DNA from: an uncultured Methanosarcinales archaeon
GTDB lineage: Archaea > Halobacteriota > Methanosarcinia > Methanotrichales > Methanotrichaceae
Direction: 5' to 3'
Length of the DNA: 64,000 nucleotides
Assembly: GCA_963843555.1 (NCBI GenBank)
Contig: CAWJKV010000004.1
Coordinates: 96,001 to 160,000 of the forward strand
This document shows positions 33,163 to 43,157 of the stretch, piece after piece. Position 1 is the stretch's first letter, and each line of letters starts with the position of its first letter. The position numbers and the translations under genes are program-made. Under the pieces are notes generated by a model. It worked only from the letters and a program-made list of their open reading frames with translations. It was not told where the DNA came from and ran no database searches.

Positions 33163-34251
33163 ATGTCCGGCAACACCTTTGGCACCATATTTCGCATCAC
33201 CACCTGGGGCGAGTCACATGGCAGAGCTGTGGGCGTGGTAGTGGACGGCTGCCCCGCCGGCCTGGGGCTCTGCGCTGAAGACATCCAGAAGGAGCTGGAC
33301 CGCAGGCGTCCCGGCCAGAGCCGCGCTTCAACGCAGCGCAAGGAAGAGGACCGCGCGGAGATATTATCCGGTATCTTTGAGGGCAAAACCACGGGCACGC
33401 CCGTCTCCGTGCTCGTCTGGAATAAGGATGCTGATTCGTCCGCCTATGATCTCCTCCGGGACACGCCCCGACCAGGTCATGCAGATTACGCCTACCAGAT
33501 GAAGTACGGCCTGCGCGATCACCGGGGCGGAGGTCGGGCCTCGGCCAGAGAGACAGTGGGCCGGGTCGCAGCCGGAGCCATCGCCAAGAGACTATGCCAG
33601 GCCGCGGGAATTGAGGTTGTGGCTTTTGTGGCGGAGCTGGGTGGAATAAAGGCAGAAATCGCTTCTTCCGACTTGAAAGAGCTTCAGGCGAGTGCCGAGT
33701 CCAATGCCGTTCGCTGCCCTGATCTGGCTGCCGCAGAGAGGATGATGCAGCGCCTGGATGCCGTCCGCCTGGAGGGTGACAGCCTGGGCGGCATCGTGGT
33801 GATAATTGCAGAAGGCGTGCCTGCGGGCCTGGGCGAGCCGGTCTTCGATAAACTGGATGCAGATCTTGCCAGGGCGCTCATGAGCATCGGCGCAGTGAAG
33901 GCGGTGGAGATTGGTGCAGGTCTGCAAAGCGCAAATCTGCAAGGCAGCGAGATGAATGACCCCATCTTTATGCAGGCAGGTAAGGTCGATTTTGAGAGCA
34001 ACAACGCCGGGGGTATCCTGGGGGGCATCTCCACAGGTCAGGCTGTTGTCTGCAGAATTGCAGTTAAACCGACGCCGTCCATCGCCAAGCCACAGCGAAC
34101 TGTCGACCTTGCCAGCCGCGAGGCGGTCGAGATTAATATCAAAGGGAGGCATGACCCGGCCATCCCGCCCAGAATTGTGCCCGTGGCCGAGGCGATGGTT
34201 GCTCTGGTTCTGGCTGATCACCTGCTGCGCCAAAGGGCGGCAAGGCTCTGA
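33163..34251 (+). CDS. aroC: Chorismate synthase
   Basis: [55 protein letters not shown]. Confidence 0.97.
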   Translation: MSGNTFGTIFRITTWGESHGRAVGVVVDGCPAGLGLCAEDIQKELDRRRPGQSRASTQRKEEDRAEILSGIFEGKTTGTPVSVLVWNKDADSSAYDLLRDTPRPGHADYAYQMKYGLRDHRGGGRASARETVGRVAAGAIAKRLCQAAGIEVVAFVAELGGIKAEIASSDLKELQASAESNAVRCPDLAAAERMMQRLDAVRLEGDSLGGIVVIIAEGVPAGLGEPVFDKLDADLARALMSIGAVKAVEIGAGLQSANLQGSEMNDPIFMQAGKVDFESNNAGGILGGISTGQAVVCRIAVKPTPSIAKPQRTVDLASREAVEINIKGRHDPAIPPRIVPVAEAMVALVLADHLLRQRAARL

Positions 34252-34283
34252 TTATATATCTTTTCCAGGCTCCAAGTGGCATT

Positions 34284-36038
34284 ATGCGTAAGGAGTTTCG
34301 CGAGCTTATCCCTTTGCAGGAAGCCAGATCGATCATCTTCGGCCATGCGCCCAGACCACGGGAAGAGATCGTTTTCCTGGAAAGCTCCAGGAACTGCATT
34401 TTGGCGGAGAAGATCGTATCCGGAGTGGATGTTCCGGGTTTCCATCGCGCCTCCATGGATGGCTACGCTGTCCAGGCCGCGGATACGATCGAATCCAGAG
34501 AGGACCGGCCCGTCTCCCTCCGCCTGGCGGGATGCGTTCCCATGGGAAGGCTTCCGGACCTGCGGGTCTCCCGGGGCGAAGCGGCCGAAGTTTCCACGGG
34601 CTCCGTGATGCCAGACGGAGCAGATGCCGTGGTCATGATAGAGTACTCTCAGGCCAAAGACGACCGGGTCTATGTCAGAAGGCCTGTATACTGCGGCGAG
34701 AATGTGCAGAAAGCGGGAAGCGACATCTCTTTTGGTGAGGCGGTGCTCTTCCCAGGCACAATGATCGCCTCGCGCGAGATGGGTGTTCTGGCTGCCCTGG
34801 GCCAGGAGACCGTGCGGGTGCTGAGCTTGAAGGTAGGAGTGGCCTCCACTGGGAGCGAACTCGTGCCTCCCGGCCACTGCCTGGGTCCAGGCCAGATCTA
34901 TGACATCAACACCTATGCCATAGCTGCAGGAGTGCAGGAATGCGGAGCAACAGCAGTTCCATACGGCATTCTCCCGGACGAGCGAGCGGATATGGCAAAG
35001 AGGCTGCAGAAGATGGCCCGGGAGTGCGAAATGGTCCTGGTGAGCGGCAGCACCTCAGCCGGGGCCGGCGACATGGTCTATAAAATTCTGGAGGAGATAG
35101 GGGAGCTGATATTTCACGGAGTGAACCTGAAGCCCGGCAAGCCGACCATCTTCGGCCTGATCGATGGTAAGCCCTTTCTGGGTCTGCCCGGCTATCCCAC
35201 CAGCGCTCTGACGGTCTTCTATGAGCTCGCAGCCCCCGCTATCCGCAAAGTCTTGGGCCAGAGGCATCTGGAAAATAAAGTCGCAGGAAGGCTGGCCGGA
35301 CCGCTTCGAACCGAGGGGCGCCAGCAGATGCTGGCCGTCGGAGTCGCGGGGAGTTTGGTCTACCCCGTGGACAAGGGAAGTGGCTCCATCACCACTCTGG
35401 CACTGGCAGATGGTGTCATCGAGATTCCGGCAGGTGTGGAGTACTTAGAGAAAGGCACGGCAGTAGAGGTGAAGCTCTTTCGGGAGCTGCAGACGCCGAA
35501 CATGGTCATTGCAGGCGAGAACTCCATAATTCTGGAGAGGCTGGCCGAGAGCCTGCCCTGGCGGCTTATGCTGCTGAATACAGGCTCCTTGCAAGGTAGA
35601 GTCTATCTGGAGGACGGCGTGGCGGACCTGGCAGCGGTTTCGAGCCTTGATGCTGTTTCCATTCCCGAGGGAATGACGGCCATGAAGGGTTACAAGAGAG
35701 AGTTGGGCCTCATCTACAGGGACGCAGCGGTCTTATCGGATCCCGGTAACCACCGCATCGTGGGCTGGCACCGAGACTCGGCGATGAAAGCGGTGTTTGA
35801 AAAGGCCTTGTGGGACCTTGGCATCACAAATCCCAGTTACGTGCGAATAGCCAGGACGCATTCGGCGGTGGCTGCCGCCGTTGCCTCCGGCCGAGCGGAA
35901 CTGGGCTTTGGTGAGAGGGCGGCAGCAGTTGAGGCTGGCCTGGGCTTCGAATTCCTGGCCGAAGATGAGATGCAATTCCTGGGGAGACCTGAGATCCTGA
36001 ACAATCCCTGGCTGAAATCCTTTATTGGCGCACTTTAG
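34284..36038 (+). CDS. moeA: Molybdopterin molybdenumtransferase MoeA fused to a PBP/LysR substrate-binding domain
   Basis: VPGFHRASMDGYAV, STGSEL, GSTSAG, KPGKPT, GLPGYPTSA; C-terminal THSAVAAAVASGRAELG. Confidence 0.9.
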   Translation: MRKEFRELIPLQEARSIIFGHAPRPREEIVFLESSRNCILAEKIVSGVDVPGFHRASMDGYAVQAADTIESREDRPVSLRLAGCVPMGRLPDLRVSRGEAAEVSTGSVMPDGADAVVMIEYSQAKDDRVYVRRPVYCGENVQKAGSDISFGEAVLFPGTMIASREMGVLAALGQETVRVLSLKVGVASTGSELVPPGHCLGPGQIYDINTYAIAAGVQECGATAVPYGILPDERADMAKRLQKMARECEMVLVSGSTSAGAGDMVYKILEEIGELIFHGVNLKPGKPTIFGLIDGKPFLGLPGYPTSALTVFYELAAPAIRKVLGQRHLENKVAGRLAGPLRTEGRQQMLAVGVAGSLVYPVDKGSGSITTLALADGVIEIPAGVEYLEKGTAVEVKLFRELQTPNMVIAGENSIILERLAESLPWRLMLLNTGSLQGRVYLEDGVADLAAVSSLDAVSIPEGMTAMKGYKRELGLIYRDAAVLSDPGNHRIVGWHRDSAMKAVFEKALWDLGITNPSYVRIARTHSAVAAAVASGRAELGFGERAAAVEAGLGFEFLAEDEMQFLGRPEILNNPWLKSFIGAL

Positions 36039-37026
36039 CAGGAGCAAACATCCTCGCCCGTCTTTCGTAATAGCCGAGTGGATGGCGAATTTTCCGGCAG
36101 AGATCGTCTTCGCCAGGACAATTTCCATAGGTGGCCATGGTGGCACACGCCGGCGGACGGTATTGGGTTCCGGCGGCTCCGGCGATATGCTCCACTTGAT
36201 ACCGGGTCCTCTCCAGATCGAAATCCGGACTGGTATTGAAAAGGGCGATCACCTCATCCGGGGTCATATTGATCTGCAAGAGAAAGCTGACCAGGGCAAA
36301 GCGCGCACTATGGGCCAGGTTCAAGCCTTTGGCGACCTCTGACAGCATCTTCTTGATGCAGGGCGGAAAGGCTCCTTCTTCCACTGCTCCCAGATCCACC
36401 TTCTGCCGGGCTTTTATGGTCTCCAGCTCCTCGCCAAGCGGGGCCAGATACTCCACCAGGGTCTGGCAGATCTTCTCGTCCACAGGGATGGGCAGCCCTT
36501 TTAAGACCTTCTCCCTGATTACCTCCTCCAGGATACGCTTCAATTCATCTTCCGTTACAGTGAGATAGCCCTCGCAGAGATCCCTGTTCGTCAGCTTCCA
36601 TTTTGTGCTGTGCATGCGGTGAGCTGCCCGAATGTACTCGGCAAAATAGATCTTCCAGGGTCCGGGGCCCCGCAGACTGAGGCCCAGGTCGCTTGCCAGG
36701 GTAATCAAGCCCTCTTTCTCATTTTGCATCCTCTTGAAGGCCAGCTTTGCCTCAGCCAGAGCATAGCGGCGCAATAGAATTGGATCGCCAAGACACGAGA
36801 CCATCACTCTGGCCAGGGGATAGCTGAGCAGTTCTGTGAGATTCTCGGCTTCGGTATTGCCCGATCTCTCGGGAATGGCATCGCTCATGGCTCCAGCCAC
36901 CCTTTCTGCGGCCCGGCTGCGCACGGTCTTAAAAGAGGATTTGCTGAGAAGACTCTCCAGAGAGTATCCTAAGCCTCGAACAAGTTCTGTCGCTTCCTGT
37001 GTAAAAGGGTAGTCGGAGATCCTCAT
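36022..37026 (-). CDS. priL: DNA primase large subunit PriL
   Basis: YPF, LSYPLAR, RRYALAEAK, FPPCI, HSARF, YQVEHI, PACATM..GNC..C..HPLGYY Fe-S ligands. Confidence 0.93.
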   Translation of the reverse strand: MRISDYPFTQEATELVRGLGYSLESLLSKSSFKTVRSRAAERVAGAMSDAIPERSGNTEAENLTELLSYPLARVMVSCLGDPILLRRYALAEAKLAFKRMQNEKEGLITLASDLGLSLRGPGPWKIYFAEYIRAAHRMHSTKWKLTNRDLCEGYLTVTEDELKRILEEVIREKVLKGLPIPVDEKICQTLVEYLAPLGEELETIKARQKVDLGAVEEGAFPPCIKKMLSEVAKGLNLAHSARFALVSFLLQINMTPDEVIALFNTSPDFDLERTRYQVEHIAGAAGTQYRPPACATMATYGNCPGEDDLCRKIRHPLGYYERRARMFAPAKVRQ

Positions 37027-37757
37027 TCCTGTTCAATGCGGGGAGCTAAGAGGTAGTTGATCTCCACGGATTGGCCGAGCTTGAAGTTCACCCGCAAGGG
37101 GTAGTCTATGCCCATCTCCAGAGTTACCTCGCCCGCCTTGCTGATGGACTTGGACATGTCCTCCAGATAGTCCAATGAGAAAAGGCTCCTTGCTTCGCCC
37201 GGCTTCATGCCCAGTAGTTCCGTGCTGGGGATCTTGAGCTTGAGGGAATCGATATCTCCCTTGGCCTCCATGTAGAAACCCTCATCAGAGACGCCCAAAA
37301 TTACGTGATCGCTGACCTTTTCTGCGGCTTTTACCGCCCGGCGCAGCTCTACTCCAGGCAGAGTTACATGTGCCGGCAAATCCAGCTCGGGGATGCGTGG
37401 TTCTTTTCTTATGGCCGTCGGATCTATCAGGCTTAAGGTGTAGGACAGAGACCCCACGCCGATCTTCAGCTTGTGGCTCTCCTCGTCCAGCTCCAGCTGA
37501 ACGTTCTCGCCCTTATCGGCCATGCTCAAGACGTCGCTCAGCCGAACCAGGTCTACGCCAATTTCACCCTGGTCGGCATTGAAGTACTCGAAGGCATCAT
37601 TGCCTATCTTGAGTGATACCATGGCTACGTTCGCAGGGTCTACCGCCTTCAGCTCCAAGCCTTTTTCAGATATTGAGAACTTAACTTCATCCACCAGAGA
37701 AGAGACTGAATCGATTGCATCGCGCAGAGTCTCCGCGTTGATTACTGCCTTGAACAT
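37023..37757 (-). CDS. pcn: DNA polymerase sliding clamp PCNA
   Basis: LVDEVKF, AVDPANVAMV, SLFSLDYL, DYPL, YLLAPRIE. Confidence 0.97.
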   Translation of the reverse strand: MFKAVINAETLRDAIDSVSSLVDEVKFSISEKGLELKAVDPANVAMVSLKIGNDAFEYFNADQGEIGVDLVRLSDVLSMADKGENVQLELDEESHKLKIGVGSLSYTLSLIDPTAIRKEPRIPELDLPAHVTLPGVELRRAVKAAEKVSDHVILGVSDEGFYMEAKGDIDSLKLKIPSTELLGMKPGEARSLFSLDYLEDMSKSISKAGEVTLEMGIDYPLRVNFKLGQSVEINYLLAPRIEQE

Positions 37758-37807
37758 TCCTTGATCCTCCTGGATGAGGACAATTTAATATTTAATATAG
37801 TTGATGC

Positions 37808-38116
37808 TTAGTCATACTCGCGCCAGGTTCTGTTGCATTTGGTGCAACGGAAGAAACGAACCTCGCTCTCATCCGCGGATCGTAGCTGCCGCAGCCACCA
37901 GTAGGCGACATTATTGCCGCACTCGGGACACCTGGCATTGGTGGTAGGAAGGCCGGCTGACTCCTGCTCCAATACGGGCACAACGCGATCGAGCTGCTTG
38001 GTCTTGCTGACCATTGATTCGCCTGCAGACTTCGGTATCTTGTGGCCGCATTTGCGGCAGACCATCATGCCGTCTTTGGGCATCATCATCATCTTACATT
38101 GAGGACAAAACTCCAT
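37808..38116 (-). CDS. tfs: Transcription factor S (TFS/RpoM)
   Basis: MEFCPQC..CRKCG; LPTTNARCPECGN, QLRSADE, FFRCTKCNRTWREY. Confidence 0.95.
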   Translation of the reverse strand: MEFCPQCKMMMMPKDGMMVCRKCGHKIPKSAGESMVSKTKQLDRVVPVLEQESAGLPTTNARCPECGNNVAYWWLRQLRSADESEVRFFRCTKCNRTWREYD

Positions 38117-38182
38117 CAGCATGGAGTAGTCACTCGTCATATTAAAGTTTGCCAGCCCCTTTGGGGGAGGAAGAGGCAAGAT

Positions 38183-38848
38183 ATGAGCACAGCGATAAAT
38201 GTGATCTGCCTGGATCGCCCAGGAATGCTGCGCGACATTGCGGGTGCAGTGGCAAAGAGAGGCGGTAACATCGTCTACACTCAGCAGTTCGTAGTGGAAC
38301 GGGGATTGAATCGCGGCAAGGCTTCCGTCTATATGGAGATCGATGGCCAAAAAGAAATCATTCGTGAGATGGTGGATGAGCTGGCTGACTTCGATTCCAT
38401 CTTCGAGGTCTCTATCTATGAGCCCTTTGAGAAGATATTCGGCTCCAGAGTGATAATCATCGGCGGCGGAGCTCAGGTGGCCCAGGTCGCAGTAGGGGCG
38501 GTGAATGAGGCCGACCGGCATAATTTGCGAGGAGAGAGGATCAGCGTGGACACCATTCCCCTGGTAGGCGAAGCTGCCATTGCCGATGCCGTCAGCGCAG
38601 TGAGCCGATTGCCGCGCGCCTCTATCCTGGTGCTGGCAGGGGCACTCATGGGCGGGCGCATCACCGAGGAGGTGCGGAGAATCCAGGCGGAAGGGATACC
38701 AGTCATCGCCCTTAAGATGGCCGGGTCGGTTCCCGATCAGGCCGATCTGGTGGTGACGGACCCCATCCAAGCAGGCACATTTGCGGTAATGCATGTGGCC
38801 AGCACAGCGGTCTTCGATATCTCCCGGGTGAGGGGCCGGGAGTTCTAG
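38183..38848 (+). CDS. ACT-domain protein (methanogen DUF5612-type)
   Basis: DRPGMLRDIAG ACT motif; RVIIIGGGAQVAQVA, EADRHNLRGERISVDTIP, DPIQAG. Confidence 0.85.
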   Translation: MSTAINVICLDRPGMLRDIAGAVAKRGGNIVYTQQFVVERGLNRGKASVYMEIDGQKEIIREMVDELADFDSIFEVSIYEPFEKIFGSRVIIIGGGAQVAQVAVGAVNEADRHNLRGERISVDTIPLVGEAAIADAVSAVSRLPRASILVLAGALMGGRITEEVRRIQAEGIPVIALKMAGSVPDQADLVVTDPIQAGTFAVMHVASTAVFDISRVRGREF

Positions 38849-39094
38849 CTATTTCAGGATCGCAGCCAGATTCTTGAGCTTCTCGCCCGAGAATAGGTCC
38901 TCGACTGTGTAGAACTTCTCCTCTGCCTGGAGCACAGGCGCCGAAAGAGTGAATACGCCGTTTATGCGCAGCTCAGTGAGCGCTTCAGGGGCGGCCATAT
39001 CAAGATTCTCAAAAGTGATGCCTGCGTCTCCCAGAGCCGCTTTGAGCTGTTCGCATTTGGGGCAGGACTTTGTGGAATAGACTCTGTACTTCAA
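38849..39094 (-). CDS. Glutaredoxin/NrdH-like redoxin
   Basis: YSTKSCPKCEQLK CxxC motif; SAPVL cis-Pro loop. Confidence 0.85.
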   Translation of the reverse strand: MKYRVYSTKSCPKCEQLKAALGDAGITFENLDMAAPEALTELRINGVFTLSAPVLQAEEKFYTVEDLFSGEKLKNLAAILK

Positions 39095-39171
39095 AGAGAT
39101 ACCTCTGCAGTAGTTGTCAGATGCTGCAAAATAGTAGAGTTATTGCTGACTATAAGCGATTTGCGGGCGAT

Positions 39172-39519
39172 CTAGCGCAGGGCCATGGGGTAGGATTTCC
39201 TGGCCCAGGTCGCATATCCCTGTTCAACAGCCTTCTCGGCACATTCCCTGCAGCAGGAGAAGTTGGCCAGGTACTCCGTGCCCTCCATCTCATGCTCAAA
39301 GACATTATTGCAGCTGAATCCCGATATTCGCCTGAAGTCGTCGCCTTTGCCGAACTCATCACATTCAGCCGGAGCAGGACGTTCCAATACCACCCAATCT
39401 CTGGGAAGGAGTACGGGCAAGGTGGCCAGGGTCATGCCGCATCCGCATGGGCCATAAACATCTTCTAAATCCGTATAGATAATCGCCTTACATACATTTT
39501 CGCTCATATTCTCGCTCAT
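39172..39519 (-). CDS. Cys-rich hypothetical protein
   Basis: CGCG and FSCCRECAE motifs; GGAG SD upstream. Confidence 0.65.
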   Translation of the reverse strand: MSENMSENVCKAIIYTDLEDVYGPCGCGMTLATLPVLLPRDWVVLERPAPAECDEFGKGDDFRRISGFSCNNVFEHEMEGTEYLANFSCCRECAEKAVEQGYATWARKSYPMALR

Positions 39520-39766
39520 CGTCCACTCCTCTCTCGCGATTGTATTGACGTTCAACCTAAATAATATTTCCCGTCCATTTTCATGTTTTTTCCCTCTAAT
39601 TCAGGTTTAAATTTAAAATGGCCCGATAATGTGCGATGGATTTCTTAAACAATAATTATATATGGAATTACAGGATTATAAGCAATTAATTCTGGCTTGC
39701 AGCTTTAGATGGGTTGAAATCCTGGCTTTTCTGGCTGCAAAACCTGATAAATGAGGTGAATTACAA

Positions 39767-39997
39767 ATGCCGATACTTCCCGTGGCCCCGGTGAGCAGAC
39801 TCATACGCGAGGCAGGGGCTAAGAGAGTGAGTGAAAGTGCTAGGGACGCCCTGGCAGAGGTTCTGGAGAGTTATGGTTTAGATGTAGCCCATGAGGCCGT
39901 AGGCTGGGCCAATCACGCCAAGAGGAAGACGGTCAAGGCGGAGGACATAAGAGAAGCAGTCAAAAGAGTTAAACCTCCTGTGGTCACTGAAAGGTGA
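39767..39997 (+). CDS. Archaeal histone (HMf family)
   Basis: LPVAPVSRLIREAGAKRVSESA...ANHAKRKTVKAEDI; GAGGTGA SD. Confidence 0.93.
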   Translation: MPILPVAPVSRLIREAGAKRVSESARDALAEVLESYGLDVAHEAVGWANHAKRKTVKAEDIREAVKRVKPPVVTER

Positions 39998-40000
39998 TCG

Positions 40001-41905
40001 ATGGCAAAAGACGTCTCTACTGGGTTAGACTACAACGCATTAGGCCTTCTATGCGGTATTGAAATTCACCAGCAGCTCGACACCGCCTGTAAGCTCTTCT
40101 GCGGCTGCCCCACAAAGCACCGGGAAGTCGAGGAGTCAAATTTCGAGTTCTTCCGGTATCTACGACCCTCGAGAAGCGAGCTTGGCGAGATCGATCGCGC
40201 CGCTTTGGAAGAGGTTCTCGTATCGCGCAAGTTCCATTATAAGTCCTATAGCACCACCTGTCTGGTGGAGGCGGATGAGGAGCCGCCCCGGGAGATAAAC
40301 TCCGAGGCCCTGGAGATATCCCTCATCATCGCGCGGCTGCTCAACATCCTGGTCGTGGATGAGGTGCAGACCATGCGCAAGATGGTTATAGACGGCTCCA
40401 ACACCTCCGGCTTCCAGCGCACTGCCTACATCGGATCAGAAGGCAAGATCGAAACCACGCAGGGATCGGTCGGTATAGGCGTCCTCTGCCTGGAGGAGGA
40501 AGCGGCGCGCATCATCGAGGACCGCGGAGACAGTATGGTCTATTCACTTGACCGGTTGGGCATTCCGCTGGTGGAAATAGGTACCGAACCGGATATCATC
40601 TCGCCGGCGCACGCTCGCGAGGTCGCTTCATACCTGGGAATGATTCTGCGCTCCACAAGGCGGGTCAAGAGGGGCCTGGGCACCATCCGCCAGGATGTTA
40701 ATGTCTCCATCAAGGGTGGGGCGCGTGTGGAGGTGAAGGGCGTTCAGGCCCTTAATCTGGTTGACAAGGTTGTGGAGTTTGAGGCCCTTCGCCAGGTCAG
40801 GCTTCTGGAAATAAGGGGGGAATTGGGCCAGCGCAAGGCAGCGGTCGACGACACCTTATGGGACGTGACAACCCTTTTTGCAGACACGGGCTCGAAGGTT
40901 ATAGCAAAGTCCCTCCAGATGGGTGGTGTGGTCCTGGCCTGCCGCCTGCAAGGCTTTGCCGGCCTGGTAGGCAGAGAGATTCAGCCCGGTCGTAGACTGG
41001 GCTCGGAGATGTCTGACAGAGCCAAACGGGCCGGAGTGGGCGGGATCTTTCATACCGATGAGCTCCCAGCTTACGGCATCTCCGAGGGTGAGGTCGAAGC
41101 GGTTCGTGGCCTCCTGAGTGCGATGGAAGAAGACGCAGTCGTCATGGTCACAAGCAGCAGGGATCGAGCCGAGAAGGCACTGCAGGCCGTTCAGGTCCGG
41201 GCCCGCGAGTCTCTGGCTTTTGTGCCGGAGGAGACGCGTCGAGCGCTCCCTAACGGCTGTTCGGAGTATATGCGGCCACTGCCAGGGTCTGCCCGAATGT
41301 ATCCGGAGACAGATGTGCCTTCGGTGATGATCACAGAGGAGATGCAAAATAAGCTCCAGCTTCCCGAGCTATTCATGGCTCGCGCGGAGCGGTTCGGGCG
41401 CGAATATGGCTTGAATGCCGAGCAGGCCCGTGTTATGGCTGCTTCACCTAACTATCAGCTCTTTGAAGAGATCGTCTTGAAGTTCCAGGTCCAGTCTTCC
41501 ATAGTGGTTCGGGCGCTGGAGACGATACCCATTGAGCTGGCCAGAGAGGGTGTGCCCGTCTCCAATCTGACGGACCAGCATTACAAAGACTGCTTTGGCC
41601 TTATAGCAGCTGGCCGGGTCGCCAAGGAGGGGCTATTGGATCTGCTTCGCTCTTTGGCCGAGCATCCTGATTGGAAGGCCTCAGAAGCGGCGAAGGCTGC
41701 GGGCATGTCGGGTGTGGATGAAGTTGAAGTGGTGAACGCTGTACGGGCTATTGTGGCTGGCAAGGCCGATCTGGTGCGTTCCAAAGGCGAAAGGGCGGCA
41801 GCTCCTCTCATGGGCCTGGTGATGTTGGAGTTGAGGGGCAAAGCAGATGGTGCTATGGTGAGCGCCATATTGAAGAAGGAAATACAAAATATACTGAACG
41901 AGTGA
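40001..41905 (+). CDS. gatE: Glutamyl-tRNA(Gln) amidotransferase subunit E
   Basis: GIEIHQQL, KLFC, CLVEADEEPP, IDGSNTSGFQRT, LDRLGIPLVEI, RGLGTIRQD, RPLPGSARMYPETD. Confidence 0.97.
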   Translation: MAKDVSTGLDYNALGLLCGIEIHQQLDTACKLFCGCPTKHREVEESNFEFFRYLRPSRSELGEIDRAALEEVLVSRKFHYKSYSTTCLVEADEEPPREINSEALEISLIIARLLNILVVDEVQTMRKMVIDGSNTSGFQRTAYIGSEGKIETTQGSVGIGVLCLEEEAARIIEDRGDSMVYSLDRLGIPLVEIGTEPDIISPAHAREVASYLGMILRSTRRVKRGLGTIRQDVNVSIKGGARVEVKGVQALNLVDKVVEFEALRQVRLLEIRGELGQRKAAVDDTLWDVTTLFADTGSKVIAKSLQMGGVVLACRLQGFAGLVGREIQPGRRLGSEMSDRAKRAGVGGIFHTDELPAYGISEGEVEAVRGLLSAMEEDAVVMVTSSRDRAEKALQAVQVRARESLAFVPEETRRALPNGCSEYMRPLPGSARMYPETDVPSVMITEEMQNKLQLPELFMARAERFGREYGLNAEQARVMAASPNYQLFEEIVLKFQVQSSIVVRALETIPIELAREGVPVSNLTDQHYKDCFGLIAAGRVAKEGLLDLLRSLAEHPDWKASEAAKAAGMSGVDEVEVVNAVRAIVAGKADLVRSKGERAAAPLMGLVMLELRGKADGAMVSAILKKEIQNILNE

Positions 41906-43035
41906 GCCCCGAGAAAGCTAAGAGACCGGATATGCTCCTCTGGGAGGAGACACTCTTCAAAGACAGGGATCTATTCGAGTTAGATCACCTGCCCGAGCAC
42001 TTCCTGCACAGGGAGGCGCAGATGAACAGCCTCAAGTTTTGCATCCGTCCGGCATTGCAGGGCGGAAGGCCAGTCAATGCTCTATGCCTCGGCCCCCCTG
42101 GTACGGGAAAGACCACGGCTATTCTCAAGCTCTTTGAGGAGATTGAGGACCATTCTTCCCATATCGTCCCAGTACATGTCAACTGTCAGATGGACTCCAC
42201 CAGATATGCGGTCTTCTACCAGCTCTATAAAAAGATCTTCGAGCATGCGCCTCCATCCAGCGGCATATCCTTCAAGCGCGTCTTCGAGAAGGTGGCCCAG
42301 CACTCGGCAGACGAAAAGAAGGTGCTGGTTGTGGCCCTGGATGATATAAATTATCTATTCCACGAAAAGGAAGTCGATCACGTTTTATATTCCCTGCTGA
42401 GAGCGCATGAGACCTGCCCTGGTGCCAGGATGGGTGTGATCGGCGTCATGAGCGATCTCACCCTGAACTACGTCTTCGACCCCCGGGTTGTCTCCGTCTT
42501 TCAGGCGGAGGATGTGGTTTTTCCTCTTTACACACGTTCAGAGATACGCGACATTCTGGGACGCCGGGTGCAGTTGGGCTTCTATCCCGGCGTGATGTCA
42601 GATGACGTCCTGGAGGCCATAGTGGACTACACAGAGAAGTCCGGGGATCTAAGGGTGGGGATAGATCTTCTCAAGAGGTCCGGCCTGACTGCAGAAAAGC
42701 GCGCCTCCAAGAGCATCTCCTCGGAGGATGTGGCAAGCTCCTACGACCGTTCCCGGCTGGTTCATCTCACCTATGCCCTGAAATCCCTGAAAGAAGATGA
42801 GCAAAAGGTGCTGCGAATGGCGTTAAGCCAGGAAAGCTGGCGTGCAGGCGAGCTCTTTCATCGCTTTCATGAGGAGACGGGAGCAGGATACACCCGTTTC
42901 CATGAGATCCTCAATAAGCTGGATTCAATCCGGCTGATTAATGCCGATTTTACGGGCGCGGGAGAGCGTGGTCGGAGCCGAGTCATCAGCGTGCGCTACG
43001 AGCCGGAAGAGATATTGAGCCGGTTAGGTCCATGA
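41902..43035 (+). CDS. cdc6: Orc1/Cdc6 family replication initiation protein
   Basis: FLHREAQM, GPPGTGKT, VALDDINY, GDLRVGIDLL, C-terminal winged helix with RGRSR. Confidence 0.92.
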   Translation: MSPEKAKRPDMLLWEETLFKDRDLFELDHLPEHFLHREAQMNSLKFCIRPALQGGRPVNALCLGPPGTGKTTAILKLFEEIEDHSSHIVPVHVNCQMDSTRYAVFYQLYKKIFEHAPPSSGISFKRVFEKVAQHSADEKKVLVVALDDINYLFHEKEVDHVLYSLLRAHETCPGARMGVIGVMSDLTLNYVFDPRVVSVFQAEDVVFPLYTRSEIRDILGRRVQLGFYPGVMSDDVLEAIVDYTEKSGDLRVGIDLLKRSGLTAEKRASKSISSEDVASSYDRSRLVHLTYALKSLKEDEQKVLRMALSQESWRAGELFHRFHEETGAGYTRFHEILNKLDSIRLINADFTGAGERGRSRVISVRYEPEEILSRLGP

Positions 43036-43157
43036 TTATTTTAAAAAGCCATCTCTATAAAATATATACCTAATAAATTCTCTATATAGATAATATAGAC
43101 AAGGACTTTAACTGCAGATGTGGTTTGACTTGCCGTATGGACAGGCCGCGGATAAAG

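Noticed and set aside
36022..36038. 17-nt convergent overlap of moeA and priL
   Set aside because: Short tail-to-tail overlaps are common in compact archaeal genomes
41902..43120. Replication origin beside cdc6
   Set aside because: cdc6 overlaps gatE upstream and has only ~100 nt of spacer downstream; I found no ORB-like repeats here or in the AT-rich islet
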